Assembly (NCBI GenBank): GCA_023703675.1
Contig: CP097974.1
Span: 1,072,656-1,136,655, forward strand
DNA from: SAR86 cluster bacterium
Lineage (GTDB): Bacteria; Pseudomonadota; Gammaproteobacteria; Magnimaribacterales; AG-339-G14
Direction of reading: 5' to 3'
Length of the DNA: 64,000 nt
A model generated the notes under the pieces. The model saw only the letters and a list, made by a program, of their open reading frames with translations, searched no databases and was not told the origin of the DNA. Numbering within the stretch: position 1 is the first letter of the stretch; each line of letters begins with the position of its first letter. The translations under genes and the position numbers were made by a program. This document shows, piece by piece, positions 24,606-33,678 of this stretch.

Positions 24606-25364
24606 ATGGAAAAAGTTTGTTTAGTGATTGGAGCTGGTGCTGGTATTGGGGGAACAGTGGCTAAAAAATTTGCCTCCGATGGATATCATGCATACCTCGC
24701 GAGGAGAACCGATGAAGAAGGTTTAAAGAGACTTATAAAAGAAATAGAAGATGCAGGCGGCAAGGCTTCAGGTTCGCTTTTGAACGTTATAGAAGAAAAT
24801 TCTATCGAAGATTTAGTAAATAAAATTGAATCAGAAATTGGTCCTATTGATACGGTGATTTATAACATTGGCGCCCAAATTGGGGATCGAGCTTTAGCCG
24901 ATACAAGTTATAAAGCTTTTGAAATGGGCTGGCGCATGGCAACTTTTGGTTTGTTCAGGCTCGCCCAAGTGCTCACTCCAAAGATGAAAGAAAGACAATC
25001 TGGCAATATTATTGTTACTTCAGCGACATCGGCAGTTCGTGGCAATGGCGGTCAACATTCTCATGCTGCCGCAATGGGCGGAAGACGAATGTTGTGTCAG
25101 TCTTTAAACGCGGAATTTTCTAAAGATGGAATTCATGTCGCACATGTAATTATTGACGGCGCTGTAGATGCTCCAGATACTTTAGGAAAAATGTTAGGCC
25201 CTGAATTATTTGAGCAGTTCAAAGAAAAGAAAGGTGAAAACGGTATGATAATTCCTGAGGAAGTAGCTGAAACTTACCTTTTTATTGCGAAACAAAAAAA
25301 ATCAACTTGGACTCACGAAATTGACATCAGGGCTTTTTCAGATCAAGCTTGGTGGAATCATTAA
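24606..25364 (+). CDS. Short-chain dehydrogenase/reductase fold protein, atypical (no YxxxK)
   Basis: Rossmann VIGAGAGIGG and YNIGAQ (NNAG-like). At the expected YxxxK position the sequence reads HAAAM. Confidence 0.7.
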   Translation: MEKVCLVIGAGAGIGGTVAKKFASDGYHAYLARRTDEEGLKRLIKEIEDAGGKASGSLLNVIEENSIEDLVNKIESEIGPIDTVIYNIGAQIGDRALADTSYKAFEMGWRMATFGLFRLAQVLTPKMKERQSGNIIVTSATSAVRGNGGQHSHAAAMGGRRMLCQSLNAEFSKDGIHVAHVIIDGAVDAPDTLGKMLGPELFEQFKEKKGENGMIIPEEVAETYLFIAKQKKSTWTHEIDIRAFSDQAWWNH

Positions 25365-25383
25365 TGTTTGACTAATCCTAATT

Positions 25384-25848
25384 ATGAAAATAATTTCAAT
25401 TCTTTTATTACTAATCTCCCCCTCTTTACTTGCAATGCATCATGGAAAACTTGATGTAATAGTTTTTGCTATTGATTTAGAAATTAACCAAGGAAAGGAA
25501 GAAAGTGCGGTTAGTTTTGTTTCAAACATTACAGAAAACGTCAAAAATAATGAACCGCAAACTTTGGTTTACCAATATCACTTCTCTGATGAAGAAAACA
25601 AAGTCTTTTTGTTAGAAATATATCCAAATAATGAAGCAGCTTTATTCCATATGAAAAACTTTACTGGCAGTAAGTGGGAAGCAGGATTTGTTGAAAACTT
25701 TACTATTAAAAGTGCTTCAATCTTGGGAAATGCAAGTTCAAAGCTTAAAGCGGCCTTAGGTCCTTACACAGAAGATTTTCGAAGTAATCTTTATGGTTTC
25801 GACAGAGTTGCGGGTGAACTCGGTGAAGAAATCTCTAAAATTAAGTAA
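25384..25848 (+). CDS. Secreted ABM-like (ferredoxin-like fold) protein, function unknown
   Basis: Signal peptide MKIISILLLLISPSLLA. The pattern EPQTLVYQYHFSDEENKVFLLEIYPNNEAALFHM resembles antibiotic-biosynthesis-monooxygenase domains. Tentative. Confidence 0.4.
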   Translation: MKIISILLLLISPSLLAMHHGKLDVIVFAIDLEINQGKEESAVSFVSNITENVKNNEPQTLVYQYHFSDEENKVFLLEIYPNNEAALFHMKNFTGSKWEAGFVENFTIKSASILGNASSKLKAALGPYTEDFRSNLYGFDRVAGELGEEISKIK

Positions 25849-25852
25849 AATT

Positions 25853-26992
25853 TTAACTTATAAAGTCGTTCAACCTTTCATAAGCATTTATAAAATCTTC
25901 TTTAAACTCTTGGACTACGTCGCTAGCTGAGATACTTTGATTCATTAATCCAACGCCTTGGCCAACCCAATAAGTTGCTAGGTCTTTTGCACCATCGTGT
26001 CCTCCTGCTGCCAGTTTATTAACTTTTTGCAATGCTGGCTCAGCAACCATTGGTTGCAAAGGCATTGGTAGAGGTTCTGGAGCTGTCTCTGACTCCCATG
26101 CTTCCGTCCAAGGTGTTACTAATTGCCTAGAATGCTTACCAGTTCTACTTCTAGATCTTACCGTTTGACTTGAATTTGCAGCCACCATTTTCTCTTTTAC
26201 AATTGGATCAACTTCTGACTCGATTGTGGTCAACCAAACCGACCCACACCAGGCCCCTGACGCTCCCATTGCCATAGCAGCAGCCATCTGTTTACCAGTC
26301 ACAATTCCACCAGCAGCCAAAATAGGTACATCTCCGTATGGTTGAATAGCTTCATGCACTTCAGGTATCAAAACCATCGTGGAAACACTCCCACAGTGTC
26401 CTCCGGCTTCAGTTCCGGAAACGACAAGAATGTCAACTCCAGCTTTCACCTGATTGATAGCGTGTTTTGCTGTTCCCAATAAAGCTGCGACCTTGCAATT
26501 ATTTTCTTTGCCCATCTCAATCATCCAATCTGGTGGAACTCCAAGAGCATTGGCAATAATTTTTATAGGGTGATTAAAGGCAACGTCTAGCAAAGCTTTA
26601 GCTCCATCGGATTGAGTATTTTCGGCAAATCCTGATCCTGCGGTATCTATTTCTCTTAATTCAGGAGAATCAATACCATGTTTTTCTAAAACATCGGCCC
26701 TAAAATCAGCATATTCTTGAGGTATCATTTTTGCCAATTTTTCAGGATCAAACTTTTCATCCTTGCCAACCATTTTGTTTGGAATGAGGACGTCAACTCC
26801 ATAAGGCTTTCCATCAATGTGGTCATCGATCCATTTCAATTCTTTTTCTAGTTGTTCCGGCGACATTCCGACAGCTCCAAGAACACCGCAGCCTCCTGCT
26901 TTCGAAACAGCAACTACTACGTCTCGGCAATGCGAGAAAGCTACCAGAGGAAATTCAATTTCTAACATTTCACAAATTGGTGATTTCATCAT
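25853..26992 (-). CDS. Nitronate monooxygenase (2-nitropropane dioxygenase/FabK-like FMN enzyme)
   Basis: EFPLVAFSH, GTEAGGHCG and AAGGIVTGKQMAAAMAMGASG are hallmarks of the NMO family. 379 aa. Confidence 0.8.
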   Translation of the reverse strand: MMKSPICEMLEIEFPLVAFSHCRDVVVAVSKAGGCGVLGAVGMSPEQLEKELKWIDDHIDGKPYGVDVLIPNKMVGKDEKFDPEKLAKMIPQEYADFRADVLEKHGIDSPELREIDTAGSGFAENTQSDGAKALLDVAFNHPIKIIANALGVPPDWMIEMGKENNCKVAALLGTAKHAINQVKAGVDILVVSGTEAGGHCGSVSTMVLIPEVHEAIQPYGDVPILAAGGIVTGKQMAAAMAMGASGAWCGSVWLTTIESEVDPIVKEKMVAANSSQTVRSRSRTGKHSRQLVTPWTEAWESETAPEPLPMPLQPMVAEPALQKVNKLAAGGHDGAKDLATYWVGQGVGLMNQSISASDVVQEFKEDFINAYERLNDFIS

Positions 26993-27051
26993 ATTTCTCC
27001 TTTCTTTTTTAATTTTCCTTTCAATCTATATTAAGTTTATACTGGCAAAAT

Positions 27052-27921
27052 ATGAAGCCTTTTTCTTCAATATTTTTTATGCTTCTTTCTATCTCAATTG
27101 GCTTTCTTTTCACTTTTGCTATTTCTGCAAACTCTGTTCTCTTCGCTGACATCCCAATAATGTATATCGTTACTCTGTATATATTTATCTTGCAGTGGAT
27201 AATCTTTATTCCTTCTTATGTCTATCAAACCGAGCATTATTTCGATCTAACTGGCTCAATGACCTATATAACCGCTATTTTATTAGTTACCTTATTTTCC
27301 CAAGAGATAAATTTAAGAGACGTATTAATTTGTTCGCTTATTTTAATCTGGGCAAGTAGATTAGGTTTATTTCTTTCAAGAAGAGTAAAAAATGCTGGCG
27401 AAGACAAAAGGTTTAAACATATTAAGCCCAATTTCTATCAATTTTTGATGGCCTGGACTATTCAAGGGCTTTGGGTACTGATTACTGCTGGAATGGCCTT
27501 TGCTGCTTTAAGTTCTCAAAAAGAAATAGGTATCGACGCCTTTGCTGTCACTGGTGGAATAATTTGGTTATTAGGTTTTGTGATTGAAGTGTTATCAGAT
27601 CAACAAAAAAGTAAATTTAAAAATAATCCTGAAAATGCAGATAAATTTATTCAAAGCGGTCTTTGGTCTTGGTCCAGACACCCTAATTATTTTGGAGAAA
27701 TTGTTTTATGGATTGGAATTGCCATTATTGCCTTCCCAGTCATTGAGAGTTGGCAATATGTAGCTCTTATTTCTCCAATTTTTGTAATTTTTTTACTGAC
27801 TATGGTTAGTGGTGTAAACCTTTTAGAAAAACAGGGAATGCAAAAGTGGGGTCATGAGGAAGATTATTTGAATTACTTAAAAAGAACAAGCTCTTTAATT
27901 CCTCTTCCTCCAAAGAGCTAA
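27052..27921 (+). CDS. DUF1295 / steroid 5-alpha-reductase-like membrane protein
   Basis: Polytopic. GLWSWSRHPNYFGEIVLWIGIAI is the conserved C-terminal motif of DUF1295/ICMT-like proteins. Confidence 0.75.
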   Translation: MKPFSSIFFMLLSISIGFLFTFAISANSVLFADIPIMYIVTLYIFILQWIIFIPSYVYQTEHYFDLTGSMTYITAILLVTLFSQEINLRDVLICSLILIWASRLGLFLSRRVKNAGEDKRFKHIKPNFYQFLMAWTIQGLWVLITAGMAFAALSSQKEIGIDAFAVTGGIIWLLGFVIEVLSDQQKSKFKNNPENADKFIQSGLWSWSRHPNYFGEIVLWIGIAIIAFPVIESWQYVALISPIFVIFLLTMVSGVNLLEKQGMQKWGHEEDYLNYLKRTSSLIPLPPKS

Positions 27922-27953
27922 AACTTATTTTTTTATCGGTGAAAAGCTTATTA

Positions 27954-28952
27954 TTAAATACTTTTAAGCCATTTCCCTAAAATTTTATTCAGTTCCTCAG
28001 GCTTTTCTTGAGCCATCCAATGACCGCAATCAATTCTCTCTTCTGTTAGATTTTTGCATAATTCTCTCATTGGCTGGGCAAATTTTGGAGAAGAGGTGGT
28101 ATCACAAACATAATCGTACGTAGCATGGACAAATAACGAAGGCATGTTCAAAGAATGATCATCTTTTAATTCATTAAATTTTTGATTTTCATCTCCATTT
28201 ACGTACCAAGAATTAGGGCCAAAAAATGAATTTTTTTGTAAATGGCTTGCAAATATTTTTGCTTCTTCCTCGGATATTACGTCTTCATCAATAGGAAAAT
28301 CAGGGATTCCTCCTAATTCTGAAAACCAACCTTTGTTTTTTCTTGTTGATGAGGTTGCCGCAGGAAGTCCTTGACCCATAGGATCTCCTTTTCTAAATAA
28401 AATTTTTATTAATTTGAAAGGATCCTCGTCCATTTCTCTTTGAGCAGCGTCAAAATTTTCGTAATAATATAACTGATAATCCCACTGACCCACAGGGTAT
28501 TCTTCTTCAGGATATATTTCTCTATTTACACTTTCTGCTAAATTGTCTGGATGACCGCCAAAACCATAAGGAACACATAAGCTGCATACAGCTTTGACTT
28601 TTTCAGGATGATGCAGCGCCATGTTCCATGCAACCGGAGAGCCCCAATCATGACCAATCCAAATTGCTTTTTCTCTACCTAACGAATCAAACAATTCCAG
28701 CATGTCTTTGTTTACAAGTTCTTGTGTATAAGCCGCATGATCTTTATAAATTGAAGAACGACCATAGCCTCTCATATCTGGAGCGATTGCAAAGTATCCT
28801 AGATTTCCCAAAAATTTCAATTGATGTCGCCAGCTTAAAGACAGTTCGGGCCAACCGTGAGTCATTATGATCAGCTCACCATCTTCAGGTCCACAAGATA
28901 AATAAAAGGATTTGTGTCTTTCACTTTCAAAAAAATTTTCTTTAATTTCCAT
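27954..28952 (-). CDS. Alpha/beta hydrolase, epoxide hydrolase-like
   Basis: HGWPELSLSWRHQ (HGxP oxyanion) and GHDWGSPVAW (Asp nucleophile context). C-terminal HW at CGHWMAQEKPEE. Confidence 0.8.
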   Translation of the reverse strand: MEIKENFFESERHKSFYLSCGPEDGELIIMTHGWPELSLSWRHQLKFLGNLGYFAIAPDMRGYGRSSIYKDHAAYTQELVNKDMLELFDSLGREKAIWIGHDWGSPVAWNMALHHPEKVKAVCSLCVPYGFGGHPDNLAESVNREIYPEEEYPVGQWDYQLYYYENFDAAQREMDEDPFKLIKILFRKGDPMGQGLPAATSSTRKNKGWFSELGGIPDFPIDEDVISEEEAKIFASHLQKNSFFGPNSWYVNGDENQKFNELKDDHSLNMPSLFVHATYDYVCDTTSSPKFAQPMRELCKNLTEERIDCGHWMAQEKPEELNKILGKWLKSI

Positions 28953-28959
28953 AATTTAG

Positions 28960-29574
28960 TTACTCTTCGAATTTATAAGATTTAGATTTTTTAAATGCTT
29001 CTCTTTCAAAAAGGGAATCCGTCCATCGCTTTATATTTGGCTTAAAAGCTTGATGTATTCCTAGAGAATCTGCTAAAAGTATTGCGTAACTAACGCATAT
29101 GTCTGCAATAGTAAATCTATCGGAGCATAAATATTCTTTACCCTCTAGAGAGGTTTCTAAAAGTTTCAATCTTGAAACAAACCATCTGCTGTAGCCATCA
29201 ACTGCAGCATCTGCAACTCCAGGCTCTTGAAGTTTGTATCTCAAAACAACTGTTTGCGGGAAAGTTAACGTTGCATCTGCATGATAAAGCCAATTCAAAT
29301 AAGTGGGATAATCCTTTTCATCTGGCATCACTCTTAAGTCAGAAGGACCATATTTTTCTACTAGATATTGAGACATTGCAACCGATTCTGTCATTTTCAC
29401 ATCTCCGTCAATCATGTAAGGAATTGTTCCGAGCATGTTTACCTCGAGATACTCCTTCATGAACACTCTTGGAGGAAAAGGCATCATAGTCAATTCATAA
29501 TTTAAACCCATTTCTTCGGCTGTCCAGATTGGTCTCATGGCCCTTGAACTTTCTGTTGCCCAAATTTTTATCAT
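28960..29574 (-). CDS. Glutathione S-transferase family protein
   Basis: 204 aa. The thioredoxin-like N-domain has LGTIPYMIDGDVKMTESVAMSQYL (cis-Pro/Glu-Ser GSH site pattern). Helical C-domain. Confidence 0.75.
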   Translation of the reverse strand: MIKIWATESSRAMRPIWTAEEMGLNYELTMMPFPPRVFMKEYLEVNMLGTIPYMIDGDVKMTESVAMSQYLVEKYGPSDLRVMPDEKDYPTYLNWLYHADATLTFPQTVVLRYKLQEPGVADAAVDGYSRWFVSRLKLLETSLEGKEYLCSDRFTIADICVSYAILLADSLGIHQAFKPNIKRWTDSLFEREAFKKSKSYKFEE

Positions 29575-29646
29575 AATTATTATCCCCAGATTTGTATCAA
29601 ACTATTTAGAAAAGTAGAATAATTATAACTTAATGAGAGGAATATT

Positions 29647-29934
29647 ATGATTGGAGCAATTGCAAAATTAAAAATAAAAGAAAACGAATTAGATAATTTC
29701 AAAGAGGTGATGAGAAAACTTGTACAAGCTGTTTCTGAAAATGAACCCGGTTGCGAATATTATCAAATGCATGAAACGTCTGATCCTCAGATCATTATGA
29801 TGATAGAAATTTACAAAGACGAGGAAGCTCATGCCAATCATACTCAAACCGAGCATTTCAAAACTATTGCGATGGAGTTAGCGCCCTTTTTAGATGGTGC
29901 GCCTGAGATAACCACTCATAAGCTAATAAGCTGA
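29647..29934 (+). CDS. Antibiotic biosynthesis monooxygenase (ABM) domain protein
   Basis: 95 aa. The pattern EPGCEYYQMHETSDPQIIMMIEIYKDEEAHANHTQTEHFK is typical of YgiN-like ABM proteins. Confidence 0.75.
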   Translation: MIGAIAKLKIKENELDNFKEVMRKLVQAVSENEPGCEYYQMHETSDPQIIMMIEIYKDEEAHANHTQTEHFKTIAMELAPFLDGAPEITTHKLIS

Positions 29935-30986
29935 GAAAGTATTACTTACAAGCCGTTGAGAACGGCCAAATAGAATTTGATGAAAACCAAATCAAATTAA
30001 TTGAAAAGTTAGAACCTAAATTAGTTTATTCAGAAAGACATACCTTTCCATTAAGTATTTTTAAAAAATCTAGACTTCCTAGGAGTATTTATATCTATGG
30101 AGAAGTTGGAAGAGGTAAAACTTTTTTAATGGACTTATTTTTTAAGGAATTGAAGTCTAAAAAAAAAATAAGGTTACATTTCCACAGATTTATGAAGCTT
30201 CTTCATGAAGATTTAAATAAATTTAAAGGTCAGAAAGATCCTATCAACAAAATAGTTAAAAATTTAACCAAAAAATATTCCTTTTTTTGTTTTGATGAAT
30301 TCTTTGTTGAAGACATTGGAGATGCCATGCTTTTGGGGAAATTTATGCAAGAATTTTTTAAATCTAAAGCTTGTTTTGTCACAACGTCTAATTTGAAGCC
30401 CTCTAGGCTTTATGAAGGCGGACTACAAAGAAAATTATTTCTTCCGGCAATTGAAGCAATTGAAGAAAATTGTGAAGTTTTTAACTTAAACTCAATAAAC
30501 GATTATCGCCTTAGAACTTTAGAACAAAATGAATTGTTTTTTTTCCCAACCTCAAAAATAGTTAAAGAAAAGTTAGAAACCATATTCAACTCACTCAAAG
30601 GAATTAATGAGATTCAAATAAAACAAATTGAAATCCTTGGAAGGAAGATTGAAATAATAAAATCCTCTAAAGGTGTTATTTGGTTTGATTTCAGTAACAT
30701 TTGTTCTGCTCCGAGAAGCTCAATGGATTACATAGAAATATCTAAAGAATTTCAAACTTTAATCATTTCTGATATGAAAAAGATTGAGTCAGATGATGTC
30801 GCCAGACGTTTTATTAGTCTTATCGACGAATGTTACGACAGAAGAGTCAAAATAATAATAAGTGCTGAAGAAGATTTCAGAGATATTTACAAAGGAACAA
30901 ACCTTAGAGAAAAATTTAAAAGAACAATTAGCAGATTGATAGAAATGCAATCTAAAGATTACTTAAAAGAAGCTCATAAGGCTTGA
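29931..30986 (+). CDS. zapE: AFG1-family ATPase (ZapE); start uncertain, possibly CTG overlapping the upstream stop
   Basis: The Walker A GEVGRGKT is encoded at about 30093-30116, upstream of the first ATG (30129) used by the ORF track. The frame is open back to 29922 with no ATG/GTG/TTG. Other motifs: RLHFHRFM, FCFDEFFVEDIGDAMLL (Walker B) and VTTSN. Confidence 0.75.
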   Translation: MRKYYLQAVENGQIEFDENQIKLIEKLEPKLVYSERHTFPLSIFKKSRLPRSIYIYGEVGRGKTFLMDLFFKELKSKKKIRLHFHRFMKLLHEDLNKFKGQKDPINKIVKNLTKKYSFFCFDEFFVEDIGDAMLLGKFMQEFFKSKACFVTTSNLKPSRLYEGGLQRKLFLPAIEAIEENCEVFNLNSINDYRLRTLEQNELFFFPTSKIVKEKLETIFNSLKGINEIQIKQIEILGRKIEIIKSSKGVIWFDFSNICSAPRSSMDYIEISKEFQTLIISDMKKIESDDVARRFISLIDECYDRRVKIIISAEEDFRDIYKGTNLREKFKRTISRLIEMQSKDYLKEAHKA

Positions 30987-31035
30987 ATTAATTTAAGATG
31001 TCACTAGATATAATAGTGTAGAATAAATTAATTAA

Positions 31036-31368
31036 ATGAAAGAAGTAGTCGAAACCAATTTTTCAATAGGACAAGTTGTTAAGCACAAATTTCTCGATTT
31101 TAGAGGAGTCATTTTCGATGTTGATCCTGAGTTCAACAACACAGAAGAATGGTACCAAAGCATCCCATCACAAATAAGGCCAAGTAAAGATCAACCTTTC
31201 TATCATGTCTTTGCCGAAAATGACGACGTTTTCTACACAGCGTATGTTTCTCAACAAAACTTATTAGTAGATGAGTCTAATGAGCCCGTAGCGCATCCTG
31301 ATGTAAACGCTAATTTTGGTCCTTTTAACGGAAAAGTTTACGAAATCCTTCAAGGCGCAAGAAACTAA
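31036..31368 (+). CDS. hspQ: Heat shock protein HspQ (YccV hemimethylated-DNA-binding domain)
   Basis: FSIGQVVKHKFLDFRGVIFDVDPEF...PFYHVFAEND parallels E. coli HspQ as I recall it. 110 aa. Confidence 0.8.
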   Translation: MKEVVETNFSIGQVVKHKFLDFRGVIFDVDPEFNNTEEWYQSIPSQIRPSKDQPFYHVFAENDDVFYTAYVSQQNLLVDESNEPVAHPDVNANFGPFNGKVYEILQGARN

Positions 31369-32567
31369 CCTGCTAACATTACCGAAGTTATAAAAACTTC
31401 CATTGCTTTTTTTAACTCTAAATTGCTTATTTTCGTGGGAGAAATTCTCAAGTTTTGATTCTTGGGATCTTTTCCATAAGGGAATGTTGCGCCTACTGGA
31501 GTAAGTTTTAAACCAGCGTTTTCACATAGCTTGTAGATTTTTTTAGCTTTACCTGGTTTTGAATTAAAAGAAACAAAGTAACCGCCTGTTGGCTTTGTCC
31601 AGTCGGCCATATCGGATGGTAGTTTTGAGAGATAGTTTTCTACAATTTCAAATTTTTTTGACAACACCAAAGAGTGTTTATCCATATGTTTTTTTAAAGA
31701 TTTTTTATCTTTCAAAAACTTTGAATGTTTGGCTTGATTTATTTTATCCGAGCCAACTCTTGTGTTTTGATAAAAGGATAAAAAATTAGATAAAGTTTTT
31801 TCCGAGGCAGCTAAGAAAGAAATCCCTGCGCCTGCGAAGGTAATTTTGCTTGTACTTGCAAACATAACAATATTATCTGAAGTATTTGATTTTTTACAAA
31901 AATTAAAAATATTTCCTAGTTTCTTTGATCTTTTAAAATCATGAACGCTATAGGCGTTGTCGTAAAAAATCATAAAATCTTTAGAGGCTTTTTTGGGAAG
32001 TTTTGCCAGCCGCTCCAAAACTTTAAGAGAGTAAGTTTCACCAGTAGGGTTAGAATGTTTTGGCACGCAAATTATTCCTTTTATCGATTTATCTTTTTTC
32101 ACTAATTTTTCAGCATAATCCATATCCGGACCATCGCCCTTGAGAGGAACATTTATCATATTAATGCCCATCATTTCTAGGAGAGAAAAATGTCTATCAT
32201 ATCCAGGCACCGGACATAAAAAAGAAATTTTTTTATAATCTTTCCAAGCTGCGCCGTTGATGCCCTTAAAGAAAAGCGCTTGAATAACCATTGAAGTCAA
32301 ATTAAGACTACTAGTTCCGTTTGCTATTACGTTCTTATAATTTATTCCTAGTAATATTGCGCCTAATTTTCTTGTTGAATCTAAGCCTTTTATTAAACCG
32401 TAATTCCTTAAATCCTCTCCATCAAAATTAAATTTATTTTTCAAAATTTGGTCCATGGGTTCGGAAAGCTTTAATTGTTCTTTGGATGGTTGGCCCCTTG
32501 TCAGGTCGAGGTTTAACTTCTGGTCCAATAATTTCTTATAATTTTTTTCTATTTCTTTTTTTGTCAT
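31365..32567 (-). CDS. Class I/II PLP-dependent aminotransferase
   Basis: 400 aa. LDLTRGQPSKEQLKLS at the N-terminus. STSKITFAGAGISF supplies the PLP Lys context. Confidence 0.75.
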   Translation of the reverse strand: MTKKEIEKNYKKLLDQKLNLDLTRGQPSKEQLKLSEPMDQILKNKFNFDGEDLRNYGLIKGLDSTRKLGAILLGINYKNVIANGTSSLNLTSMVIQALFFKGINGAAWKDYKKISFLCPVPGYDRHFSLLEMMGINMINVPLKGDGPDMDYAEKLVKKDKSIKGIICVPKHSNPTGETYSLKVLERLAKLPKKASKDFMIFYDNAYSVHDFKRSKKLGNIFNFCKKSNTSDNIVMFASTSKITFAGAGISFLAASEKTLSNFLSFYQNTRVGSDKINQAKHSKFLKDKKSLKKHMDKHSLVLSKKFEIVENYLSKLPSDMADWTKPTGGYFVSFNSKPGKAKKIYKLCENAGLKLTPVGATFPYGKDPKNQNLRISPTKISNLELKKAMEVFITSVMLAG

Positions 32568-32574
32568 AAGATTT

Positions 32575-33219
32575 TCATCTATTTAAAATTAGTAAATTTC
32601 TTTCCAAAGCATATTGTTCTAATTTTTTGTCTGGAGAAACTATGATACTACTTGGACAAGCTTTTATTAAAGGCAAATCATTTATCGAATCAGTATAAAA
32701 GACAGATTCTTTAAGGAGATAATTGTTATCTTTACACCACTCTTTAACTTTCTCTAATTTTCCAATTCCAAAAGCAGCTTTGTTTAACACTCCTGTAATT
32801 TTATCGTCTATGACTTCGTATGATGAACCGATAAATTCATTTATTCCAAAATAATTAGAAAATCCTTCAACAATAAAATCTAATGATCCAGATGCTATTA
32901 TCCTAAAATCATTTTCATGTTTTTTGAGTAACTCAAACGTAAAAGAATCAATCAATTTTCCCTCATGGGACTCAATAAATTCTTTAACTAATTTGTTTAA
33001 GTCATTGACATTCATGTCAATCAACGGACTTAGAAGAAATGAACAATATTCATCAAAATTTAAATTGCCTGATCTATAGTCAATTTCGAAAGCCTTAATT
33101 TTTTTTAGATAAACCTCTTCTTCAATGTATCCTTTTTCAACAGTAAATTTAGCCCAATGGAACTCACTATCGCCGCAAAGTAATGTATCGTCCAAATCAT
33201 AAATTGCTAATTTTTTCAT
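32575..33219 (-). CDS. HAD-IB family hydrolase (phosphoserine phosphatase-like)
   Basis: DxDxT motif in LAIYDLDDTLL. C-terminal TDSINDLPL. 214 aa. Confidence 0.75.
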   Translation of the reverse strand: MKKLAIYDLDDTLLCGDSEFHWAKFTVEKGYIEEEVYLKKIKAFEIDYRSGNLNFDEYCSFLLSPLIDMNVNDLNKLVKEFIESHEGKLIDSFTFELLKKHENDFRIIASGSLDFIVEGFSNYFGINEFIGSSYEVIDDKITGVLNKAAFGIGKLEKVKEWCKDNNYLLKESVFYTDSINDLPLIKACPSSIIVSPDKKLEQYALERNLLILNR

Positions 33220-33674
33220 AACAATTCTCTTAACTCCTTCAATGCCGATCGATAAGCTTCTTTTTTAAAATGTATTATTTTTGTCAAAGGAAACCAAAAA
33301 GAAACCCAATCAAATTTATCGAACTCTGGCGAGACGTCTTTGCTCAAGTCAATTGAGCAGTCTTCTCCTTTCAACTTTAGTAAAAACCAGGTTTGTAATT
33401 GGCCTTTGTATTTTCCACCTAGAACTCTTGATCTTATAGTAATAGGAATATCATATTTTATTTCCTCTTTTGTTTTACCCAAAATTTCTACCTCTGATGA
33501 TTTGAGCCCTACTTCTTCATAAAGCTCTCTGTACATTGCATCTTCACAGAGTTCATTTTCATCTATTCCGCCCTGAGGAAATTGCCAATTTTCTGTTCCT
33601 TTTCTTCTGCAAAGAAGAACTTGGTTATTTTTATTCAATACAACCATTGCAACGTTTTTTCTATATCCTTGCAT
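33216..33674 (-). CDS. rppH: RNA pyrophosphohydrolase (Nudix)
   Basis: GYRKNVAMVV...WQFPQGGIDENELCEDAMYRELYEEVGL (Nudix box) and the RppH-like N-terminus. Confidence 0.85.
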   Translation of the reverse strand: MQGYRKNVAMVVLNKNNQVLLCRRKGTENWQFPQGGIDENELCEDAMYRELYEEVGLKSSEVEILGKTKEEIKYDIPITIRSRVLGGKYKGQLQTWFLLKLKGEDCSIDLSKDVSPEFDKFDWVSFWFPLTKIIHFKKEAYRSALKELRELL

Positions 33675-33678
33675 TTAT

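Noticed and set aside
29920-29940. Programmed -1 frameshift fusing the ABM protein to ZapE.
   Set aside because: No slippery heptamer (X XXY YYZ) or downstream structure is evident at cat aag cta ata agc tga. Reinitiation at CTG or a sequence error is simpler.
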